DNA of 64,000 nucleotides, taken from contig OY969557.1 of NCBI GenBank assembly GCA_963701025.1, positions 106,405 to 170,404 on the forward strand. Direction: 5' to 3'. The notes beneath the pieces were generated by a model. It ran no database searches. It was not told the DNA's origin and saw nothing but the letters and a program-made list of their open reading frames with translations. Position 1 is the stretch's first letter; each line of letters starts with the position of its first letter. This DNA comes from an uncultured bacterium. GTDB lineage: Bacteria > Patescibacteriota > Minisyncoccia > Phycocordibacterales > PALSA-1337. Position numbers and translations under genes: made by a program. Shown here one piece after another: positions 58,201 through 64,000 of the stretch.

Positions 58201-61200
58201 CGACATCGTCAATTTCCAGCCATCCGCGGCGGGTTCCGGCGGCACGCTTGACAACCTCGTCGGCATCGATCCGGGCTATCCGGTCACCATGGCCAAGTTC
58301 TATGTCAAGAACAATATCTGGTACGACAGCCCCGGAGAATCCGGCGGCGTCTGGCCGACTCCATCCAGCGGTTCGCAGATATCAGTATCTGATTTCGAAT
58401 GGGATCATAACTATTACAGCACCTCGGGAACGGTGGGTGACACTGATGCGAATCGCCAGAGCACGAGCGTCAATCCATTCGTCAATTGGCAAGGCGGAGA
58501 CTTCCACCTCACCGGGCCCACAACGGCCGGAGCCACCCTCGCGGCTGTGTCAGGTCAGAGCTTCAACACCGATCCTGATGGCAACACTCGCGCTACCCGG
58601 TCGCGTGGCGCCTATGAATACACCGGTGGTACCACGACCCCTCCTCCCACCACCTATTCTGTCACTCTCTCTAATGGAGCCAATGGCACCATAGCTCCAG
58701 CTTCCGGAAGCGTCGCAAATGGCATCACATCAGGTTCAAGCGAAACCTACACCATTACCCCAGCTTCTGGCTACCAAGTTTCTACTTTCACCGTAGATGG
58801 TTCGGCTGTCTCTGTTCCGACTGCAGGAGGGAATTACACGCTCTCAAACATCACAGCCAATCACACTCTGGCGGCAACGTTCAGCGCCACCGCTCCGACC
58901 ACCTACACCGTCTCCGCTTCTGTCACCGGCTCGGGCACCATCACCAGTTCTCCCTCGGGCATCAACTGCGGCTCCACTTGCTCTGCTTCCTTTAACACAG
59001 GAACGAGCGTTACTCTGACAGCTACTCCATCATCAGGCTCAACATTCACAGGCTGGTCTGGAGCTTGCACCGCAACATCGGGCACATGCACAGTTACGGC
59101 GGCTAGTACGGCAAGCGCGACGTTCACGTCCAATTCGACGGCTTTCTCGGTGGGACAGCAGGTTCAAGTCAGTAATACGTGCGCCAGCACCTGCGTCGGC
59201 CTCTCTGTCAGAAGCGCTCCTTCAGCTACTGCCGCCACGGTCACCGGTTCTCCAGTCGCTAACGGCACGATCGGTACCATCACAGCCGCTTCTTCTGGCA
59301 CGACCAACGGCACTTCGAACGGAGGCTACTACTGGTGGTATGTCACCTACTCCAATGGTGTCATAGGTTGGTCAGGCACAAGCGCCAGCACCAATTATCT
59401 TGTCGCGTATACGGCTCCTGTCCCGACTGCTTCATTGTCCGCCAATCCGACCTCGATCACTTCAGGGCAATCTTCCACATTGACTTGGTCTTCGACTAAT
59501 GCGACTTCATGCATTGGAACAGGAGGAACCTTTGCTGGCTCAAAAGCAACATCGGGCACCCAATCAATCAGTCCGACATCTAACACCGCATACTCCATCA
59601 CTTGTACCGGAGCAGGAGGAACATCGTCAGCCTCGAATGCCACGGTCACCGTTACTGCGGCACCTACCTACACCGTCACTCTCTCACCCGGCTCGAACGG
59701 CACCATCGCGCCAGCATCAGGAAGCGTTGCAACGAACATATCTTCAGGCTCGAGCGAGACATTTACCATTACTCCCAATTCTGGCTACCAAGTTTCTACT
59801 TTCACCGTAGATGGTTCGGCTGTCTCTGTTCCGACTGCAGGAGGGAATTACACGCTCTCAAACATCACAGCCAATCACACTCTGGCGGCAACGTTCAGCG
59901 CGGTTGCTCAAACCCCCACCGCCTCTCTCTCCGCCAATCCCACCTCTATCACTTCAGGGCAATCATCGACTCTCTCATGGTCATCGACTAATGCCACCGC
60001 TTGTACGGCAACAGGAGGGACATTCGCCGGAACGAAAGCGACATCCGGCACACAGTCTGTCTCGCCGACTGTCACTACCGCATACTCCATCACCTGTACA
60101 GGCGCAGGAGGCACGTCTCCTGTTGGAAGCGCCACAGTCACGGTCAGTGCTCCTACAGTCACGGCACCTTCCGCCCCGTCTGGTCTGACAGCTACAGCTG
60201 CCTCTCCTTCAACAATCAATCTTTCTTGGACTGCTTCGACGGCCGGCACAAATGTCGTCTCCGGATACAATATATATGTGGACGGTGCCACGACCAAGAC
60301 CGCGAGCGTCACAGGCACGTCGTATTCGAGCACCGGCCTTGCCGTCAATTCCACCCATTCCTACGCGGTCAAGGCCTACGACACAGCAGGGAATGAAAGC
60401 GCTGCTTCCATGATATCCGCAACAACATGGCCTGCGCTATCGACCACCTTCTCCCTCAATCAACAAGTGCAGACGAGCGCCACGGACAATGTCCGACAGA
60501 CCGCAGGAGGCGCCCAGCTCGGCCAGCAGATTTCCGGAGTCATCGGCACGATTGCTGGAGGCCCGGTCTATGCCGCGTATAGTGGCACTAACTACTGGTG
60601 GTGGAACGTCACATTCAGCGCCTCACCTTCAGGTTGGGTCACTGAAGATGGTCTCTCTCCGTACTCCGCTCCTTCCGCTGACACCACGCCCCCATCAGTA
60701 CCCACAAGCCTCGCCGCTTCATCCATATCTACGAGCCAGATAAATCTCTCATGGAATGCTTCGACTGATCCGACAGTCTCCGGCCAGACGACGTCCGGTC
60801 TCGCCGGCTACAAGATATATCGTTGTCTGAATGCCGGCTGTACTACGGGCTTTTCCCAAGTCGGCACATCGGCCGCTAGTCCCTATAGTGATACCGGGCT
60901 CAATTCGGGCACCACTTACTCTTACACAGTCGCCGCATATGACAATGCGGGGAACACGTCAGCTCAATCGTCGTCCGCTTCTGCCACCACGGCTACGACT
61001 ATCACAGTCGCTTGTCCCAACGTTCCGACGGGCACCGCAGTCAATTCCGCAGGCTGTCCTATGCCCATCGCTTCAAACTTCACCATGACGGTCGGCGGCA
61101 GTCCGCTCTCCGTCTCCTCGAACCTGCTCTCTGCCCCGTCATTCTCCATCGGCAACGCATACGGCACCATCGCCTACCAAGTAGCTAATGGTCCCTACAC

Positions 61201-62497
61201 CATCCTCCACGGCTCGGCTTCTGCGTACACGGCCACTGACGTGAACGACAACGTCGCCATCGGCCAGGGAACAGTCACCGTCAATTCATCGGCTGTACCG
61301 GAATTGAACAAGCCTGCCACCATCACCTTCTACAATATTGTCCTGGCCAATCCGTCTATCCTCCAAGGCTCCCAGATCTGCTCTTCCTGTGTCATCACGG
61401 TTCTGCCTACAGCCACTAACGGCTATGCCCTCTCCTTCACCGTGCCTCACTTCACCACCTTCAGCGTCGTTGGTACGACCATGACTCCTCCCAATCCCAC
61501 CCTCTCCGCCACGACCACGGGCTCAGGATCAGGCACCATCTCTTCATCTGATGGCTCGATCAATTGCGGTTCAACTTGTTCCGTCTCGACAACCACGGGC
61601 GCCGTCTTCGCCCTCTCTGCCACGCCGGCTTCCGGCTCGTCATTCAATGGCTGGTCCGGAGCCTGTACTGGTACGAATGCCTCATGTTCCGTGACCGTAT
61701 CGGCTGATTCGTCGGTAACTGCTGACTTCACTTTGAATCCGCCAGTCACCCCACCTCCTCCTCCAAGCGGCGGTGGCGGGGGAGGTGGTGGAGGTGGAGG
61801 TGGCGGTGGAAGTGGTGGTGGAGGTGGAGGTGGCGGTGGAAGTGGTGGTGGAAGCTCTTCCTTCTACACTCTCGCTGTCAGTAGACAAGGCATCGGCCAG
61901 GGTATAGCCACTTCATCTCCAATCGGCATATCCTGCGGCTATGTCTGCTCGGCTTCATTTACCGCTGGCTCTTCTATAATCATCCACGCCCTACCTCAAA
62001 CCGGTTCACACCTCGTCTCTTGGACCGGTTGCACATCCATCGCTACGAGCTCATGCACAGTCAACCTTACAGGAACGAAAACCATAACGGTCAACTTTGC
62101 TCTCGGCGCGGCCACGACTACGGTCGTCAACACGCCTCCCGCGACGACCACACCGCCCACGAACTGTCCCACAGGACTCGTCTGCACTCCAGTTTCGATA
62201 CCAACCGCCGCATACGCTCCATTCATCAGAACTCTCAAGATCGGCTCATCGGGTAATGATGTGCGCGAGCTCCAAGTCTTCTTGAACAATCACGGATTCA
62301 TTGTGGCCGAACGAGGAAACGGTTCGCCAGGCCACGAATCAACCTATTACGGCAAAGCCACGGCCAACGCAGTTTCCCGATTCCAGGTGGCTCATGCCGC
62401 GCAGATATTGACTCCATACGGCTTGACGGAAGGAACGGGGAACTTCGGCACGGCGACGATGGCAGTGGTCAATGCCATGATCTCCTCGGGACAGTAA
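55220..62497 (+). CDS. giant (about 2400 aa) cell-surface protein: LamG/concanavalin-like, FN3 repeats, InlB-B-like repeats, pectate-lyase-like beta-helix, PKD-like domains, poly-Gly linker, C-terminal peptidoglycan-binding domain
   Basis: [27 protein letters not shown] (LamG_3-like); repeated ..CGSTCS....VTL.A.P..GS.F.GWSG.C..T...C.VT; FN3 units (GLTAT.VSSSQI.LSW.AS); a right-handed beta-helix-like region with NxxG/DxxH runs; GGGGGGGG stretch; C-terminus [20 protein letters not shown]...[12 protein letters not shown] (PG_binding_1). The signal/TM start is probably at Met 55325. Confidence 0.75.
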   Translation: MYTELALAVIHRGMRSFPDTINADNYPKGNNPHIIMQQQQGGFSSSVLLALLLLVAAAGAVVLTLSGQNNGSLFSSVPPSTQVAQVAAPTSGLVAHWTFDDGSGTTASDSSGSGNSLALTNASWTTGKIGGGASFNGTSAYGKLNSLNLTGQAASISFWMNESSYSTHQTIFEDSTNLNNSSTGFGFYQSDTSTCGANMLQIALQGNVDYNIKCFTPPSAGWHHYVAIYDKSQAAAGEISLYIDGVLQTSTSQPYAGANTNSFGANPFYLMSRDGSSEFGAGTLDDFHIYSRALSASDVQSLYTYTSSNPPVTYSLSVTKSGTGSGTISGGSISCGSTCSQSGIAANTVVSLTESPASGSTFAGWGGSCSGTATSCSVTVTANTSVSATFTTQTTTTNPPVISGISASSITSSGATINWTTDEQSSSQVNYGLTTAYGSNTALNSTLSTSHSTSLSSLQANTVYHYQVVSTNSSSQSSQSADQTFTTSASTISTYTITASAGANGSISPSGSVSVNSGSAQSFTIVPSSGYQVSSVTVDGSSVGAVTSYSFSNVTTNHTISTTFSANTAADTTSPTVPAGLTATTVSSSQIGLSWSASTDPTVSGQTTSGLAGYKIYRGGTQIATVVGTTYQDTGLAQSTAYTYTVAAYDNAGNTSAQSSSASATTQTGTVGTGGCDGAGNCYVNMGSTGNGSSWSNAYGSLPSSLVRGVTYWVAGASTDYPAHTFADAQSGTSLITVRKASAANHGTNTGWQTAYGTGQAIFAAPMIFNTGYYTIDGQYRASMTSGWGIQVDGYNHKQDAYNTFSPDTVTVGWSAAANNVTLSYVEVNGSHDRTGAANQSVPPLWTDNGVSIYNSSSNTTIQYSGIHDTGLCSLYINAANAPGTVNTILQYSWLNRTQYSINYAHSEGIAGQSGTNGLTVRYNVFQDIEGTANIATPSGGHNTSTNWYIYGNVFYFTPGNASLPVSTREQGDGDGVLGIFDFTSTGDFAFYNNDIVNFQPSAAGSGGTLDNLVGIDPGYPVTMAKFYVKNNIWYDSPGESGGVWPTPSSGSQISVSDFEWDHNYYSTSGTVGDTDANRQSTSVNPFVNWQGGDFHLTGPTTAGATLAAVSGQSFNTDPDGNTRATRSRGAYEYTGGTTTPPPTTYSVTLSNGANGTIAPASGSVANGITSGSSETYTITPASGYQVSTFTVDGSAVSVPTAGGNYTLSNITANHTLAATFSATAPTTYTVSASVTGSGTITSSPSGINCGSTCSASFNTGTSVTLTATPSSGSTFTGWSGACTATSGTCTVTAASTASATFTSNSTAFSVGQQVQVSNTCASTCVGLSVRSAPSATAATVTGSPVANGTIGTITAASSGTTNGTSNGGYYWWYVTYSNGVIGWSGTSASTNYLVAYTAPVPTASLSANPTSITSGQSSTLTWSSTNATSCIGTGGTFAGSKATSGTQSISPTSNTAYSITCTGAGGTSSASNATVTVTAAPTYTVTLSPGSNGTIAPASGSVATNISSGSSETFTITPNSGYQVSTFTVDGSAVSVPTAGGNYTLSNITANHTLAATFSAVAQTPTASLSANPTSITSGQSSTLSWSSTNATACTATGGTFAGTKATSGTQSVSPTVTTAYSITCTGAGGTSPVGSATVTVSAPTVTAPSAPSGLTATAASPSTINLSWTASTAGTNVVSGYNIYVDGATTKTASVTGTSYSSTGLAVNSTHSYAVKAYDTAGNESAASMISATTWPALSTTFSLNQQVQTSATDNVRQTAGGAQLGQQISGVIGTIAGGPVYAAYSGTNYWWWNVTFSASPSGWVTEDGLSPYSAPSADTTPPSVPTSLAASSISTSQINLSWNASTDPTVSGQTTSGLAGYKIYRCLNAGCTTGFSQVGTSAASPYSDTGLNSGTTYSYTVAAYDNAGNTSAQSSSASATTATTITVACPNVPTGTAVNSAGCPMPIASNFTMTVGGSPLSVSSNLLSAPSFSIGNAYGTIAYQVANGPYTILHGSASAYTATDVNDNVAIGQGTVTVNSSAVPELNKPATITFYNIVLANPSILQGSQICSSCVITVLPTATNGYALSFTVPHFTTFSVVGTTMTPPNPTLSATTTGSGSGTISSSDGSINCGSTCSVSTTTGAVFALSATPASGSSFNGWSGACTGTNASCSVTVSADSSVTADFTLNPPVTPPPPPSGGGGGGGGGGGGGGSGGGGGGGGGSGGGSSSFYTLAVSRQGIGQGIATSSPIGISCGYVCSASFTAGSSIIIHALPQTGSHLVSWTGCTSIATSSCTVNLTGTKTITVNFALGAATTTVVNTPPATTTPPTNCPTGLVCTPVSIPTAAYAPFIRTLKIGSSGNDVRELQVFLNNHGFIVAERGNGSPGHESTYYGKATANAVSRFQVAHAAQILTPYGLTEGTGNFGTATMAVVNAMISSGQ
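58772..58886. repeat. 115-bp exact direct repeat (second copy 59786..59900) marking an approximately 1-kb internal tandem duplication of a domain pair
   Basis: Identical DNA encodes ..[39 protein letters not shown].. twice. Flanking sequence is diverged but homologous. Confidence 0.7.
61766..61855 (+). repeat. GGN/GGT-rich low-complexity coding repeat (poly-Gly/Ser linker) with an internal 32-bp direct duplication
   Basis: ggcggtggcgggggaggtggtggaggtggagg... read directly. Confidence 0.6.
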
Positions 62498-62516
62498 AAT
62501 AGGGTATACTTTGTTC

Positions 62517-63602
62517 ATGCCTGTCCTCTATCGTACCTACCGCCCGCAAAAATGGTCTGAAGTCGCCGGTCAGGATCATATAGTCAAAGCCCTGAAAGAT
62601 TCCGTAGCCACGGGACGCGTCGCTCACGCCTATCTCTTTTCCGGCTCCAGGGGCACGGGCAAGACGACTGTCGCCCGCATCCTGGCCCGCGAACTTAAGA
62701 CCGCCGACGAGGACGTGAATGAGATAGACGCGGCCTCCAATCGCGGCATAGACGACATCCGCGAGCTCCGCGAGCACGTGGCGGTTTTGCCGTTCTCCTC
62801 GCCATACAAGGTATACATCATCGACGAGGTTCATATGCTCTCAAAGGACGCCTGGAACGCTCTCTTGAAGACCTTGGAAGAGCCGCCGGCCCATGTCATA
62901 TTCATCCTGGCTACCACCGAGCTGGACAAAGTACCGGAGACCATTGTCTCTCGTTGCCAGACGTTCGTCTTCCGCAAGCCGTCGCGCGATATCATCGCCA
63001 AGCAGACTGTCAAGGTGGCCAAGGAAGAAGGCTACGCTCTCGACGCCGGTGCGGCCGACCTCATCGCTCTCCTCGGCGATAGTTCGTTCCGCGATGCTCT
63101 CGGCATGCTGGAGAAAGTCATCTCCGCCGTTCCTGCCGGGAAACCGTCTGATCTGTCTGCCGGACAGATGGGCAAGAAGATAACGCGCGATATAGTCGAG
63201 GCTGTCACCGGCGCTCCACGGGCAAGCCTGGTCAATCGCTTCATCGAAGATCTCATGGCCAAGAATGCCGATGCCGCTCTGGCCGTCCTAGGCGAAGCCG
63301 AAAAAGCCGGCGTTTCCATGAATATATTCGTGACGCTCGTCCTCGAGAAAGCGCGCTTCATTCTGCTCGTCAGCCGCTCCGTCTCGTCGAAGCCCATGGT
63401 CAAGGAGCGCGTCTCTCCCGATGATTGGGAATTCATCGAAGCTCAAGCTGGTCCGTCCGGCGAACCAGCAGGGAAGAATGCTCCCGATGGTGCGCTCACG
63501 CCCGCCATGCTCGCCGCTCTCCTCGAAGCCGCCGACGGGGTTAGCCGCGCGCGGATCGAGGCTCTGCCCCTCGAGCTTGCCGTGGTCAGGATTTGTCAGT
63601 AG
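62517..63602 (+). CDS. dnaX: DNA polymerase III subunit gamma/tau (short form)
   Basis: HAYLFSGSRGTGKTTVARILA (P-loop), YIIDEVHMLS (Walker B), SRCQTFVFRK (sensor 2). About 360 aa, no tau extension. Confidence 0.85.
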   Translation: MPVLYRTYRPQKWSEVAGQDHIVKALKDSVATGRVAHAYLFSGSRGTGKTTVARILARELKTADEDVNEIDAASNRGIDDIRELREHVAVLPFSSPYKVYIIDEVHMLSKDAWNALLKTLEEPPAHVIFILATTELDKVPETIVSRCQTFVFRKPSRDIIAKQTVKVAKEEGYALDAGAADLIALLGDSSFRDALGMLEKVISAVPAGKPSDLSAGQMGKKITRDIVEAVTGAPRASLVNRFIEDLMAKNADAALAVLGEAEKAGVSMNIFVTLVLEKARFILLVSRSVSSKPMVKERVSPDDWEFIEAQAGPSGEPAGKNAPDGALTPAMLAALLEAADGVSRARIEALPLELAVVRICQ

Positions 63603-63621
63603 TATGACTTTGTTTCGCCCT

Positions 63622-63692
63622 TGGGGGGTCGTCTAACGGTAGGACAGCAGGCTTTGAACCTGTTTATGAAGGTCCGACTCCTTCCCCCCCAG
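63622..63692 (+). tRNA. tRNA-Gln (anticodon TTG)
   Basis: TGGGGGG-TC-GTC-TAACGGTAG-GAC-A-GCAGG-CTTTGAA-CCTGT-TTAT-GAAGG-TCCGACT-CCTTC-CCCCCCA-G. U1-A72 and a 3-bp D-stem as in E. coli tRNA-Gln. Confidence 0.7.
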
Positions 63693-63940
63693 CATGTAAG
63701 GACGCATGAAGATAGTTTGCATTTTCTGTCTTTGCGTCACAACGATATTTTTAGGTTCGATTGTTCTCACAAAAGCAGGTGCGGCGGGTCTTTTTCGCCG
63801 ATGGAGGCGGGACAAAACACGCCCTGGCTGAAATCATTGCCGAGCGGTTTCCGGAAGAACTCGGTTTAGGCTTGCCTTTGGATGCGACTCAATTTCTGAG
63901 CCGCACAGTTCATCACAACCAAATAACCCAGAGGAGTATT

Positions 63941-64000
63941 ATGCCAAAATCATCGTTCGTTGACTTCAAGGCCGTCAAAGCGGCCATCACCATGGAACAG
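63941..64000 (+). CDS. 5' end of a hypothetical gene (MPKSSFVDFKAVKAAITMEQ..), truncated by the window
   Basis: ATG preceded by GAGGAG 5 nt upstream (good Shine-Dalgarno). Only 20 codons visible. Confidence 0.3.
   Translation, partial: MPKSSFVDFKAVKAAITMEQ

Noticed and set aside
63621-63869. 82-aa ORF after dnaX
   Set aside because: Its 5' end is the tRNA-Gln(TTG) sequence. Translated tRNA, not a gene.

Overview
This 64-kb window (roughly 55% GC, with several low-GC islands) mixes housekeeping and accessory DNA from a bacterium. Its gene repertoire (giant surface proteins, tRNAs without encoded CCA, short dnaX, hinge-less smc) is compatible with a small-genome, possibly CPR/Patescibacteria-like lineage, but that is inference only.

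Recognisable housekeeping genes: rpmF, a nusB-NUDIX fusion, rnc, a short SMC-like ATPase, clpB (disrupted by many indels), a PadR-like regulator, alr, rpmG (not in the ORF track), a Gfo/Idh/MocA oxidoreductase, a SixA-like phosphatase, an AlkA-like glycosylase, rarA, a DoxX protein, an alpha/beta hydrolase, miaA, parB, topA (frameshifted), dprA, serS, an FtsQ-like protein, a DD-carboxypeptidase, dus, gatB and dnaX. Six tRNAs were found by eye: Leu-TAG, Lys-CTT, Tyr-GTA, Trp-CCA, Leu-CAA and Gln-TTG.

Accessory content:
- A roughly 6-kb island lies between tRNA-Leu(TAG) and tRNA-Lys(CTT). It carries a large serine recombinase, an NYN-domain protein, a wHTH protein and a secreted Cys-rich protein. 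It is bounded and bisected by three copies of a hairpin-rich repeat whose arrangement (A = rc of B-left, C = rc of B-right, all sharing an 8-bp junction) looks like attL/attR plus an inverted attP-like junction.
- A Fic/inhibitory-helix gene pair is flanked by a direct duplication of a histidine-phosphatase gene.
- A low-GC two-gene cassette of unknown function sits at 29.2-30.3 kb.
- A 1548-aa tail-fibre-like giant protein has an N-terminal excisionase-type HTH and a C-terminal Hint (intein-like) domain. It is followed in the same frame by an ORF that begins with a phage tail-fibre intramolecular-chaperone (S74) domain.
- An AAA_14/DUF4143 ATPase, a Bro-N protein and a GT2-like glycosyltransferase precede a 2425-aa LamG/FN3/beta-helix/PKD surface protein with a C-terminal peptidoglycan-binding domain.

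Several genes carry apparent frameshifts: clpB, topA, the nusB-NUDIX C-terminus, the secreted protein, and one histidine-phosphatase copy. These are either real decay or assembly indel errors. No CRISPR array was seen.
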